Positions 10,684 through 20,651 of a stretch of 64,000 bases of DNA are shown piece by piece; the stretch's first letter is position 1; every line of letters starts with the position of its first letter. Source of the stretch: Caldisphaera sp. GTDB lineage: Archaea; Thermoproteota; Thermoprotei_A; Sulfolobales; Acidilobaceae. The notes below the pieces were generated by a model. The model saw nothing but the letters and a program-made list of their open reading frames with translations, made no database searches and was not told the DNA's origin. A program made the position numbers and the translations under genes. Where the stretch lies: the NCBI GenBank assembly GCA_049971805.1, contig JBMFKU010000001.1, positions 1 to 64,000 on the forward strand. The letters are read 5' to 3'.

Positions 10684-11589
10684 ATGCCAGAAAAAATATG
10701 CCCCATTTGTGGGAGGTCGAGCAAAGATATAGCATTTATAGGAAATTTATGCAAAGATTGTTTTATAAAACAAAAAGGACTAGTAAACATATCTAATGAA
10801 ATTGATTATACATATTGCACATTATGTGGATCTTATAAATATATGGGTCAATGGTTTGCAGGTCTAGGTAGCTTAGAAGAAACATTAATAAATTACCTAA
10901 AAATAGTTATCACGGAAAAAATGAAACCTGTAGATCCAATAAAAGATGTCTATGTTAAGTCTATAGAATTTTTAGATAGGTTAACGTTGAATAAATTAAG
11001 AATCAGGGTTTTATTTGAATCAAATTATAATGGTTTTCTACTTCAAGAAGCAAAAATTTTAAATGTAAGATTAAACAAAACTATATGTCCCGTCTGCTCG
11101 TCCATAAAAACTCAAAGAGGCTATAATGCAATTTTACAAATAAGAGGTTATCCCAATAGGATGAATGAAAACATTTTAAAAGAAATAAAAGACGAAACTA
11201 TTAGGTTAGCAAATAAACTCTATGGAGAAATAATAAAAATTGAGGAAATAAAAAAACAAGGACTAGATCTATATATTAAGGATCAAGAGACAGCAAAAGG
11301 AATTGCTTTTAAATTTAAAGAAAATTATTTAGGAAAATTAATAGAAACCTATAAATTAATAGGGATTAATAGAGATGGATCTAGAAAAGCAAGGTTATAT
11401 ATATCTTTAAGGATATTAAATTTAAGACCTAAAGATATTTTCAATTTTAAAGGAGAAGATTATCTTTGCATATCTAAGACACAAGATGGATTTTTAGCAG
11501 AAAGCCTTAAAAGTAGAGAAAAAACAATTATATCAGCCGAAAATTTATGGAAGTATGGTTTTAAGATTGATAATAAGAAGGCTATTTAA
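10684..11589 (+). CDS. nmd3: NMD3 family protein
   Basis: Four CxxC zinc knuckles followed by YNAILQIRG. Confidence 0.88.
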   Translation: MPEKICPICGRSSKDIAFIGNLCKDCFIKQKGLVNISNEIDYTYCTLCGSYKYMGQWFAGLGSLEETLINYLKIVITEKMKPVDPIKDVYVKSIEFLDRLTLNKLRIRVLFESNYNGFLLQEAKILNVRLNKTICPVCSSIKTQRGYNAILQIRGYPNRMNENILKEIKDETIRLANKLYGEIIKIEEIKKQGLDLYIKDQETAKGIAFKFKENYLGKLIETYKLIGINRDGSRKARLYISLRILNLRPKDIFNFKGEDYLCISKTQDGFLAESLKSREKTIISAENLWKYGFKIDNKKAI

Positions 11590-11596
11590 AATTGCC

Positions 11597-11764
11597 AAGG
11601 AAGGGCAAGGCTTGTCCTCATTTATCAACTTAATAATGATGAGGAGCTAGGTCTAATTTTACTTCACAATATTAAGGGACATCAAAAATAGAGTATCACA
11701 TGTAAAAGGAGTGTAAACCTTAAGATTTCAAGGAACTAGCCCTTAATGGCAAAGAGAACTCTGA
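11597..11764 (+). mobile_element. Degenerate, 5'-truncated copy of the IS607-derived non-coding element
   Basis: aaggaagggcaaggctt...gatgaggag...ttttacttc...aaccttaagatttcaaggaactagcccttaatggc aligns by eye with copies at 29938, 38801 and 52657. Confidence 0.6.
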
Positions 11765-11827
11765 TAAAGGTGAGATGTATAATATATTAAATAAAAGATA
11801 ATTAAATTTTTATTTTTAAAAAAATAA

Positions 11828-11892
11828 TGCCTCATAGCCTCGACCCTTCTTCATCTTTATTTATCTGAAGCGGCCTTTTCTAATCACAGGCA
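11828..11892 (-). ncRNA. Probable C/D-box sRNA
   Basis: Minus strand: terminal stem UGCCU/AGGCA, C-like GUGAUUA, 13-nt guide, D' CAGA, C' AUGAAGA, 12-nt guide, D AUGA. Confidence 0.6.
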
Positions 11893-11901
11893 ATTATATA
11901 T

Positions 11902-12357
11902 TTATAAAAGTAACTTTAATAATCTAAAGGATGTTATATCGTTTAATTCGTTAAGATTACAGCCTATTTTAGTTTCTTTTATTTTCTCGTATTTTATATT
12001 TAAAGAAGATAAAGCTTTAATTAATGAGTTAATACTATTAGTGACTATTGCAATATTTTTATAGCTCTTTGATTTTTCTATTGCTGATGATAATTGATTA
12101 GACCTAGTTAGGTAAAGTAGTGCTCTTAATGCAATATTTGATATTCTGTTTTCTCCAATATCATAATCTTCCATAACATAACTATATATTAAGGCCAATG
12201 AGCATGGATTTATTTTTTCTGGAATTGAGAAAATTATACTTGATGGTTGATTATTTTTAGATATGTCCGAAAGACTTTTTGGATCAATATTTATATTATC
12301 AAAGATAGTAACTATTATGTTGTCTAAAGGAAAAGAAAACCTATATATATCCATCAT
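11902..12357 (-). CDS. Possible KEOPS subunit Cgi121-like protein
   Basis: GENRISNIALRALLYL..SNQLSSAIEK resembles the Cgi121 motif. Confidence 0.55.
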   Translation of the reverse strand: MMDIYRFSFPLDNIIVTIFDNINIDPKSLSDISKNNQPSSIIFSIPEKINPCSLALIYSYVMEDYDIGENRISNIALRALLYLTRSNQLSSAIEKSKSYKNIAIVTNSINSLIKALSSLNIKYEKIKETKIGCNLNELNDITSFRLLKLLL

Positions 12358-13166
12358 TTCAACCCTAATGTCTGATTAATTTGGTTTTCTACTTCGTTTT
12401 CAGGATATAAACCTATAAATTGATATAGTGTATTTCCAGATGTTGAATTATATACTATAATAACAGGAACGCCTTCTATTCCTTGGTTATATGTTGTTTC
12501 GGCTAAGGAATAGGCATTTTTCATAGTCTGATTTATTGCAGTTAGATTTATGCTAAGGCCTGACCTATTCATTATTTCATAGATTGTATATGGAGTTGGC
12601 ATCTGCAATTGTTTTGTGACATTGTTTTCATATAACAATATATTATGTACATAATAGGCATAATTTTGATCTAATACATTATAGAATTGTTGAAATCCAT
12701 ATTTTTGGTATATTAAGTCAAGCATGGCTAACATTTCTAATGAATATTCATGAATGGGCATACCAACAAATTCTAGTCTTGCATATCCATTATTGGCTAA
12801 ATAATAGAAATATGGTAAAGATTGATTTAATTCAATAGCACAATAAGGGCATTCTGGATCATATACAATAAATATATAGTATTTAGAAGATATATTACCA
12901 GCCCCAGGCATAAGGCTAGAATTTATATAGACAAGTAATGGTTTAATATTTATCAATTGCTGACTTGTAGTTACTACTGGTGCAGATGTGCTTGTAGAAG
13001 TAGTGGTTGTACGCATTACGGATGTTGTTGTCGTAGGTACTGTTGTTGTAACAGGCTTTCTTGTTGCATAATATGCCCCCGCACCTGCAGCAACTACCAC
13101 AACTACAATTACGACAATAATCACTGCGAGCGTGGATCCGGATAAAGATCTACTTTTTTTATCCAT
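12354..13166 (-). CDS. Membrane-anchored DsbA/thioredoxin-fold protein with Thr-rich linker
   Basis: N-terminal TM, Thr/Ser-rich stretch, YDPECPYC active site, cis-Pro GIEGVP. Confidence 0.82.
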   Translation of the reverse strand: MDKKSRSLSGSTLAVIIVVIVVVVVAAGAGAYYATRKPVTTTVPTTTTSVMRTTTTSTSTSAPVVTTSQQLINIKPLLVYINSSLMPGAGNISSKYYIFIVYDPECPYCAIELNQSLPYFYYLANNGYARLEFVGMPIHEYSLEMLAMLDLIYQKYGFQQFYNVLDQNYAYYVHNILLYENNVTKQLQMPTPYTIYEIMNRSGLSINLTAINQTMKNAYSLAETTYNQGIEGVPVIIVYNSTSGNTLYQFIGLYPENEVENQINQTLGLK

Positions 13167-13211
13167 ACTTTATCATCCAAAAAAATGTTTGTATGGAACC
13201 TTATTATCTTT

Positions 13212-13523
13212 TTACTGTTTTGAAGGATTTCCCTCTTTGGTTTGTGTTGGTTCTTTCTCTTCTTTTGTAACTTCTTTTAGTTCTTTCTCTAGTTCTTTTT
13301 CAATTTCTTCTATTGGTTTTGGTGGTGGGGTTGTTGCTAGTGTATATCCTATCCAGCCTATTATAGCAAATATAGCCAATACTGCAATGCTACCTGTTAG
13401 TTTTAATAAAAAATACGATGCCTTTACTGCTAAAGGTGGATACCATAGCAACATTAAATATGCTATTATAATTATAATGGATACTATCATCAATAATGAT
13501 CCAGTAGCCCTATCTTTATTCAA
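13212..13523 (-). CDS. Small two-TM membrane protein
   Basis: Two hydrophobic helices, then GWIGYTLATTPPPKPIEEIE and a charged tail; GGTGA RBS. Confidence 0.75.
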   Translation of the reverse strand: MNKDRATGSLLMIVSIIIIIAYLMLLWYPPLAVKASYFLLKLTGSIAVLAIFAIIGWIGYTLATTPPPKPIEEIEKELEKELKEVTKEEKEPTQTKEGNPSKQ

Positions 13524-13603
13524 TCAATTCACCTCACTCTTGCATTTATTTTAAATATGTGCTTCAATTTAAAACTTTATCGTATATAATATATTTTATA
13601 AAT

Positions 13604-14251
13604 TTAATTTTTATTTTTTAATAATAATAATAAATTATCTATTATTTCTTTATCTACAGATTCAATAGATTTCATATTATCGTTTTCATATTCATTTATG
13701 GTGATTACTTTTATGCCGTTTTTTTCTGCTATTTTTAATATGTTTTGAAACCTTTTTTTAACCTCTATCAAAAAATTTTTATTTTCAAATACTGATATGT
13801 TACCCCTTGCTGAAACTCTTTTTAAAGAGATATCGATAGGTACGTCTAAAAAAATAATTATGTTTGGATCAGGAGCAAATTTGTTTAATTCTACGATCCA
13901 ATCTAATGTTTCATCATTTAATCCTTGATATGCAAAGCTACTGTATTTGTATCTGTCGGTTATCACGATATATCCTTCATTTAACAATTCTGCTAATCCT
14001 TTGCTTATTCCATCACCATAATAGTAGTGCCATAGTCTATCCGCAGCAAATAGTAAACCCATAATTTTATTATCCACGAACTTTCTATTTAAAATATTAT
14101 TTATTATATTTCCTATAACTTCATTCGTTGGTTCTTTAGTATAGATAGTATTATAGCCTAACTCTTTTAATTTTTGGGAAATAGCTTTTGAGTGTGTTGT
14201 TATACCGCTACCATCAATTCCTTCAAATGCTATCAAAATCCCTTTTTTCAA
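13604..14251 (-). CDS. tmk: Thymidylate kinase
   Basis: FEGIDGSG, TKEP, LFAADR, DRYKYSSFAYQG. Confidence 0.93.
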   Translation of the reverse strand: MKKGILIAFEGIDGSGITTHSKAISQKLKELGYNTIYTKEPTNEVIGNIINNILNRKFVDNKIMGLLFAADRLWHYYYGDGISKGLAELLNEGYIVITDRYKYSSFAYQGLNDETLDWIVELNKFAPDPNIIIFLDVPIDISLKRVSARGNISVFENKNFLIEVKKRFQNILKIAEKNGIKVITINEYENDNMKSIESVDKEIIDNLLLLLKNKN

Positions 14252-14305
14252 TTTGGGTCCCAGTGTAAATATATTTTTTCAGGAATTATAAAGTAACTTT
14301 AGTTG

Positions 14306-14379
14306 TTCTGCTTTGATGATTAAAGTGCTACCGAGTCATAAAAGCCTAAATTTTTAGGCAAACCTAAAAAAGGGCAGAA
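14306..14379 (+). ncRNA. Candidate structured RNA upstream of NRAMP gene
   Basis: Terminal stem ttctgc/gcagaa, internal hairpin gcctaaa/tttaggc, box-like UUGAUGA and CCGA. Confidence 0.3.
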
Positions 14380-14408
14380 ATTTAAATTATAAATTGTGGG
14401 AAAATTAG

Positions 14409-15614
14409 ATGGAATACAAACAATTGCTAAAAACGTTTGGACCAGCATGGATAGTAATGATAGCAGATGTTGACGTAGCATCTATAGTAGAGGGATTGCA
14501 GTCAGGAATATCTTGGGGATATAGATTAGTATTTGTTATGTTAATTTTGACTATTCCTTTATATTTTATACAAGATGCTGCTGGTACATTGGGCACAATT
14601 TCGGGTAAAGGGTTGGGTGAAGCTATAAGGTATAAATATGGAAGAAAAAAGGCAATAGTTGCTTCAATACCGATGGCAGTAACCGATTTTCTTGAATATG
14701 TTGTAGAATATGCAGGAATAGCCCTTGGTTTGCAATTGCTTGGTTTTCCATTAATAATAGGTCTGCCAGTTTTCTTTATTTTACATATAGCAGTTGCCAC
14801 AAGTAAAAAATATAGACATGCAGAGATGTTTTTAATACCTATAAGCTTTATTTTGGTTGCAACAATAATTTGGTTATCAATAATATTTCCAATCAATTTT
14901 AAAGATTTTGTTAGCTATGGTCTAAATCCTATACAGCCTTATAATAATACCTCGTACGATTTTTTATTTGCTGCCAGCATAGGAGCTGTTATAATGCCTT
15001 GGATGTTATTTTTCCATTCTGGAGCAGATTCAAGAAAAAAACTTAATAAGAATAACATGAGATCAGAGAAACTTGAAACTTTAATTGGAGCAATGATTTC
15101 TGAAATATTAATGGTAATAACTGTTGTGGTTGGATTTAATTTCTCTAAATTGGATCCTAATATAGAGGATTATTCAAATTCCGTGCTTAGTCCAAAAGTA
15201 TTTCAAAACATATTGCTTAATTTTAATCATGAGGCCGTATATATATTTGGCATAGGATTTTTGGCATCTGGTTTTTTGGCCTTGGTTGTAATATCAATGG
15301 CATCTGCTTGGGGTACTTTGGAAGCCTTAAATATAAGAAGCCATAAATCATATATAATTATATACATAATAGAATCTTTGCCTGCATTAATATTAGTTTT
15401 CTTTTCAAGAAACTTGGTTTACCTTATGATAGAACTAATGGTTATATATACAATAGTAGTTGCTCCCCCATTATATTATTTGGGCAAATTGGTTTCCGAT
15501 CCTGTAATAATGAAAGGTAATCCAATAAGAGGAGGTAAAATAAAGATATATTGGGTGTTGTCATTCTTTGTAGTCTTAGGAGGAATAATAGGATTGGTTT
15601 CCATATTTATTTAA
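14409..15614 (+). CDS. NRAMP-family divalent metal transporter
   Basis: FGPAWIVMIADVD TM1 motif, GAVIMPWMLFFHS TM6 motif, multiple TMs. Confidence 0.88.
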   Translation: MEYKQLLKTFGPAWIVMIADVDVASIVEGLQSGISWGYRLVFVMLILTIPLYFIQDAAGTLGTISGKGLGEAIRYKYGRKKAIVASIPMAVTDFLEYVVEYAGIALGLQLLGFPLIIGLPVFFILHIAVATSKKYRHAEMFLIPISFILVATIIWLSIIFPINFKDFVSYGLNPIQPYNNTSYDFLFAASIGAVIMPWMLFFHSGADSRKKLNKNNMRSEKLETLIGAMISEILMVITVVVGFNFSKLDPNIEDYSNSVLSPKVFQNILLNFNHEAVYIFGIGFLASGFLALVVISMASAWGTLEALNIRSHKSYIIIYIIESLPALILVFFSRNLVYLMIELMVIYTIVVAPPLYYLGKLVSDPVIMKGNPIRGGKIKIYWVLSFFVVLGGIIGLVSIFI

Positions 15615-15665
15615 GTAGTATAGCTTAAGGATTTTGGTTTACATATATAGAAGTGGGGCAGTAGG

Positions 15666-18062
15666 ATGAATAATGCAATAAGCTTTCAACTCCTTGATGT
15701 TAGCTATGAAGTAATTGATAATATTCCTATAATAAATTTGTGGGGAAGAGATGATAACAATAGTAAAGTCTTATTAACTTATAACAAGTTTAGACCATAT
15801 TTTTACCTTCTATTAAATAATTCATACGAAAAAGATAAAATAATGAAAGCAATTAATAAATCTTCAAAGCCAAGGAGTCCGATAATTGGCTTAGACATCT
15901 TATCATTAAATTATATGGGCAGACCTGTAGATGTTTTAAAAGTAACAACTGTTATTCCTGAAATGGTTAGAGAGTACAGAGAAAGTATGGCTTCAATAGA
16001 TGGTGTAAAGGATGTTCTAGAAGCAGACATTAGATTTTCTTTAAGGTATATTCTAGATAAAAATCTATATCCTATGAGGTGGTATAAAGTTAATGTTAAG
16101 CCTATCAACAAAGATTCTTCTTATATTGTAGATAAAATATATGAGATTGATGGTGAATTGGAAGAGGATGAAAGTAAAATAAATGTTGATCCTTTAAAAG
16201 ATTTAAAAATTATGGCATTTGATATAGAGGTATATAATCCTCAAAGAACTCCTGATCCGATAAGGGATCCTATTATTTTGATAAGCATAAGATTTAATAA
16301 TCAAAAAGAACCAATATTGTTGGAAGCAAAAGGCCATGATGATAGTGAACTAATAAATGAATTTATTGATTTAATAAAAAAGGAAGATCCGGATATTATT
16401 GTTGGATATAATCAGAACAGGTTTGATTTGCCATACTTAATAGAAAGGGCGAAAAGATATAAAATCAAATTAGATCTTGGTAGAAAAAGAGATTCTGAGC
16501 CTAATCTAAGCGTTTTCGGTCATTACTCGATCCAAGGAAGACTTAATGTGGACTTATACGACTTTGCTGACGAGTTGCAGGAGATAAAAGTTAAATCATT
16601 GGATGAGGTTTCAGACTATCTTGGCATAATGCCTAAGGATAGAAGGACTAATATTAATTGGTGGCAAATATCAGAGTATTGGGATGATCCTGAAAAAAGA
16701 GGCTACCTTAAAAAATATTCCTTAGATGATGTTGAATCAACCATTGGATTAGCAAATAAATTCTTGCCTTTTGGAGCCCAGCTTAGTATCATTAGCGGTT
16801 TACCTATGGATCAAGTGGTTTCTGCGAGTGTTGCTTTTAGATTGGAAGCTAGATTAATGAGGGAAGCAAAAAAGAAAGGGGAACTGATGCCTAATAGAAT
16901 TGAAAGAACTATGGAAAGCTACATGGGTGCAGTAGTGTTAAAGCCAGAACCAGGAATACATGAAAATGTAGCTGTCTTAGATTTTGCTAGCATGTATCCA
17001 AGTATTATGGTAAAATATAACGTAGGTCCAGACACATTGTTAAAGGAAGAAGAAAAATGTAATATTATATATGATTCACCGGAGGTAAACCATAAATTCT
17101 GTGGAGATAGACCTGCCTTTATGAGACAGGTATTAGAAAGGTTTTTAAAGTGGAGAAGCGAAATAAAGAAGTCTATGAAACAATATAAAGAAGGAAGTCC
17201 AGAATATAATTTGTTAAATGAAAGGCAGAGGGCAATCAAAGTTTTAGCTAATGCAAGTTATGGTTATCTAGGGTGGGCAGCTGCTAGATGGTATTGTAAA
17301 GATTGTGCGGAAGCAATAACCGCATGGGGTAGGAATCTAATAACAAAATCAATAAATTATGCAAAATCAATTGGATTAAAGGTATATTATGGGGATACAG
17401 ATAGCCTATTCGTTGAAAATAATGAAGAAAAAGTTAACAAAGTAATAGATTTTGTTACAAAAGAAATGGAATTTGATATAAAAATAGATAAGGTCTATAA
17501 AAGGATATTCTTTACGGAAGCAAAAAAGAGATATGCAGGCCTTTTACCAGATGGAAAAATAGATATTGTTGGCTTTGAAGCTGCAAGAGGTGATTGGAGC
17601 GAATTATCAAAAGAAGTTCAAACAAGCATAGCTGAGATTGTGCTTAAAACTGGAGAAACTAAAAAAGCAGTTGAATATGTTAAGAAAGTTATTGATGATT
17701 TAAAGAACGGTAATATATTTATGGATAAATTGATCATATGGAAAACATTAACAAAAGATCTTGACAAATACGAGGCTGAGACTCCTCATGCTTATGTAGC
17801 TAAGTTAATGGAAAAAATGGGATATAAAGTAACTCCGGGAAGTAAGGTAGGTTATGTTATAATAAAGGGAACAGGATCAATATCGAAGAAAGCAAGACCA
17901 TATTTTACTGTAAAATCAAGTGATATAGATGTAAATTATTATATTGATAAGCAAATAATACCAGCAGCTTTAAGAATATTAAGTTATTTTGGCATAAATG
18001 AAAAAGAATTGAAGGTTGGATCTAAGCAACCTTCACTATTTGATTTCTTAAATTCAGGTTAA
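15666..18062 (+). CDS. polB: Family B DNA polymerase (PolB3-type)
   Basis: Exo motifs FDIEV and YNQNRFDLPY; pol motifs DFASMYPS, KVLANASYGY, YGDTDS; PIP box QPSLFDFL; no intein. Confidence 0.95.
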   Translation: MNNAISFQLLDVSYEVIDNIPIINLWGRDDNNSKVLLTYNKFRPYFYLLLNNSYEKDKIMKAINKSSKPRSPIIGLDILSLNYMGRPVDVLKVTTVIPEMVREYRESMASIDGVKDVLEADIRFSLRYILDKNLYPMRWYKVNVKPINKDSSYIVDKIYEIDGELEEDESKINVDPLKDLKIMAFDIEVYNPQRTPDPIRDPIILISIRFNNQKEPILLEAKGHDDSELINEFIDLIKKEDPDIIVGYNQNRFDLPYLIERAKRYKIKLDLGRKRDSEPNLSVFGHYSIQGRLNVDLYDFADELQEIKVKSLDEVSDYLGIMPKDRRTNINWWQISEYWDDPEKRGYLKKYSLDDVESTIGLANKFLPFGAQLSIISGLPMDQVVSASVAFRLEARLMREAKKKGELMPNRIERTMESYMGAVVLKPEPGIHENVAVLDFASMYPSIMVKYNVGPDTLLKEEEKCNIIYDSPEVNHKFCGDRPAFMRQVLERFLKWRSEIKKSMKQYKEGSPEYNLLNERQRAIKVLANASYGYLGWAAARWYCKDCAEAITAWGRNLITKSINYAKSIGLKVYYGDTDSLFVENNEEKVNKVIDFVTKEMEFDIKIDKVYKRIFFTEAKKRYAGLLPDGKIDIVGFEAARGDWSELSKEVQTSIAEIVLKTGETKKAVEYVKKVIDDLKNGNIFMDKLIIWKTLTKDLDKYEAETPHAYVAKLMEKMGYKVTPGSKVGYVIIKGTGSISKKARPYFTVKSSDIDVNYYIDKQIIPAALRILSYFGINEKELKVGSKQPSLFDFLNSG

Positions 18063-19334
18063 ATCACTAAATGTGGCAAATTTTACATCTCCTCTTTTAG
18101 CAGATATTTTGCTTCCCATTCTAGCACCTATAAGCAATGCTATGCCTTTTTCTCCTGCTAGATCTAATATTCTTTGGGTTATTATACCATCAAAAATAAT
18201 TGCATATGCAGAATTATTTTGCAAAGATTCTAACCAAGTAAATAGATCTCTTACTTTTATCCTAGTTATTTCTTTCCATTCTCTATCATATATTATGGCT
18301 TCCAATGTACCTTTAACATTTTTAATATTATCTATAACATCTTTTGGTACAACTAATTGAGTTGTTTGTGATTTTTCTTCAACTTGTTGAACTTGTTGAA
18401 CAACTTCCCCGCTTGTTTCGGGTTGAACTATTTCCTCTTCTTTTTTCTGCTCACTCTGCTCTATTTGTGGTACTGTTTGCTCATGGGCTAATTCAGCCTC
18501 TTCTTTTGTTTCCTTTATGCTGGCTAGTTGTTGCTTAACTGCTTCTGCAGGAAGCATCTGTGATAGTGCTCTAGCAATTTCTTTGCCTGTAAGTTGCTCG
18601 ACTTCCATGCCATTTGGTGCCCTTGCAACATAATCTACATGGACTTGGTCTAATAGATTTTTTAAAATTAAATCCCCTCCTCTATCACCATCAACAAATG
18701 CTATAACCTTTTTGTTTTTAGCTAACTCGACAATCGAATTGGGAATTTTTTCTCTTGCCCCCTCCAATGCAACAGTATTTGTATACCCATATCTCATTAA
18801 GTTAATTACATCAGCTCTTCCTTCAACAATTATTATTGTATCAGCCTTTTCTACATCAGGTCCAGCTGGTAGTTTTTCTTCACCAAATTCAATAACTTTT
18901 GGTTGTATTTCTGATTTTTGAGCTATTTGTCTTACTATTTCTTTAATATCTGGTTCTTGTTCTTTTACTCTTTGAAGTAGCTGCCTTGCTCTTTCTACAA
19001 TTTTTTGCAGTTTTTCTATTCTTAAATCTTGTATATCATCAATTGTAATTCTTGCATCATATGGTCCCACCCTATCTACTGCCTCAATCATTGATGCTAG
19101 TAAAACTGTTTCAACTCTATCTAAATTGCTGGGTATTTGCAAAATACCAACGGATTTTGTTCCCTGGTATTTCATATCTATATGAACCCTACCGATCTTG
19201 TCTTTATTTTGCAATTCTTCCAAATTAAATTCGCTTCCTAATAATCCTTCAGTTTGGCCAAATACAGCTCCTATCACATCATGCTTATCTACTCTACCAT
19301 CAACCTCAAACGAGGCTTTTATTAGATATTTCAA
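18054..19334 (-). CDS. dnaG: Archaeal DnaG (exosome-associated, TOPRIM)
   Basis: DVIGAVFGQTEGLLG, IIVEGRADV, FVDGDRGG, IFDGIITQR. Confidence 0.95.
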   Translation of the reverse strand: MKYLIKASFEVDGRVDKHDVIGAVFGQTEGLLGSEFNLEELQNKDKIGRVHIDMKYQGTKSVGILQIPSNLDRVETVLLASMIEAVDRVGPYDARITIDDIQDLRIEKLQKIVERARQLLQRVKEQEPDIKEIVRQIAQKSEIQPKVIEFGEEKLPAGPDVEKADTIIIVEGRADVINLMRYGYTNTVALEGAREKIPNSIVELAKNKKVIAFVDGDRGGDLILKNLLDQVHVDYVARAPNGMEVEQLTGKEIARALSQMLPAEAVKQQLASIKETKEEAELAHEQTVPQIEQSEQKKEEEIVQPETSGEVVQQVQQVEEKSQTTQLVVPKDVIDNIKNVKGTLEAIIYDREWKEITRIKVRDLFTWLESLQNNSAYAIIFDGIITQRILDLAGEKGIALLIGARMGSKISAKRGDVKFATFSDLT

Positions 19335-19371
19335 CTTTTACACCCTTGTTTTTATTATTGTGTTTTTTGAT

Positions 19372-19413
19372 GATGAGATGTATCAGAAATAGTAGATGCT
19401 GATACATCCCATC
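19372..19413 (-). promoter_or_regulatory. 15-bp stem hairpin in the predicted dnaG 5' leader
   Basis: Arms 19372-19386 and 19399-19413; fully paired on the minus strand with one G.U; 12-nt loop. Confidence 0.55.
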
Positions 19414-19504
19414 TTCTCTGGGCCGTTGCCCTATCTAATTTGAATATGATTTTCAGAGCATATAAGTTTATAAAAATTTAAAATTAAATTATTTACAAAA
19501 CTGT

Positions 19505-20581
19505 TTATCTTGTTACTCCTTTTGTTATCTCTTCAGCTAGATTTCTAACACTTTCGTTTTCAAATAATTTTCTAGCTGGTTCAAGTAATTTAATTATTTC
19601 TACTGCAGTGGCGTTTTTTAAATCAATTGGGTGTAATTTTCCATTAATATAAGCGCTTTCCAGTTCTTCGTATGATGTAAATGTAACATTTCCCCCATAT
19701 TTTTGAGGTCTTTCTATTTTAAGTTCAAATCCTTTTTTAGAAAACAGAAGATATTTGTTTATCTCTAATATAGGATTTAGCTCTGCCTGTCTAAGAGGAC
19801 AATATGCATTAATAATTTTGTTTTTTATTGTATCTGGTGGATCATTGATAAATATGGCAGAAGTAGGCTTTGATTTTGACATTTTAAAGTTTGCTGCAAT
19901 CTCGTCAATTTCCTTCGAATCCATTCTTTGGCCTCCATCAAGTCCAGTTAAAATAGGTGTATGTAAAGCGATTGGTTTTTTAACCTTTATCTTTTCAGCT
20001 ACCTCCCTTGCTAGTATATGGGCCTTTCTTTGATCAAGACCTCCTAAGGCTATATCTAAATCCATATAGATTATATCACTAACTTGCATGGCTGGATAAA
20101 CCAATTTAGATGTATCTAGCTCAGCTTCATCTGTAGATCTTCCCATAATAGTTAATGCTCTCTTCATTCTTGCTAAGCTGGTCAATTTCATGCTCTTAAT
20201 AACTAATGCCCAATAGTCTTTATCAGAAGCCATTTTTTCTGCATCAACAAAATTTATTTTATCTATGGGAATTCCTAGAGAGCTCATTACATCTCTTGTT
20301 AGCTTTGCCGCCTTTCTGATTAAATCAAGATTTCCCCCTAGTTTATCATTTATCATTGCATGCCAAGTTGCTTCTAAAATATAAAAATTAACTCCTGATT
20401 CTACTAAATCCCTCACTTTAAACATCCATATGATCCAACCCAAATGAGCTAATCCGCTTGGCTCAAATCCTAGGTAACCCTTTAGCTTATCTCCATGATT
20501 TAATTTTTCTTTTAGTTCTTCTTCTGTAATTATTTCAACTAAATTATTTTTTATAAGATTATATTTCTCATCAAAATCCAC
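19505..20581 (-). CDS. tyrS: Tyrosyl-tRNA synthetase
   Basis: YLGFEPSG.AHLG, YPAMQVSD, GGLDQRKAH, KMSKS. Confidence 0.95.
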   Translation of the reverse strand: MDFDEKYNLIKNNLVEIITEEELKEKLNHGDKLKGYLGFEPSGLAHLGWIIWMFKVRDLVESGVNFYILEATWHAMINDKLGGNLDLIRKAAKLTRDVMSSLGIPIDKINFVDAEKMASDKDYWALVIKSMKLTSLARMKRALTIMGRSTDEAELDTSKLVYPAMQVSDIIYMDLDIALGGLDQRKAHILAREVAEKIKVKKPIALHTPILTGLDGGQRMDSKEIDEIAANFKMSKSKPTSAIFINDPPDTIKNKIINAYCPLRQAELNPILEINKYLLFSKKGFELKIERPQKYGGNVTFTSYEELESAYINGKLHPIDLKNATAVEIIKLLEPARKLFENESVRNLAEEITKGVTR

Positions 20582-20651
20582 GGTTCATTTCACCGCTTTT
20601 ATCTTTATTAAAATATCAAGGCTTTATAATATAAATACCTTTCTATCTTAA

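Noticed and set aside
12975-13055. Thr-rich low-complexity tract as a DNA repeat
   Set aside because: Ordinary linker of a surface protein, with degenerate codons.
14306-14379. Fluoride or yybP-ykoY riboswitch
   Set aside because: The diagnostic 5' consensus motifs are missing; kept only as an unassigned structure.
15666-18062. Intein in PolB (or in reverse gyrase)
   Set aside because: Lengths and motif spacing are normal, with no splice-junction motifs.
19368-19402. C/D sRNA from UGAUGA...CUGA on +
   Set aside because: Too short, no internal boxes; these strings are part of the hairpin arms.
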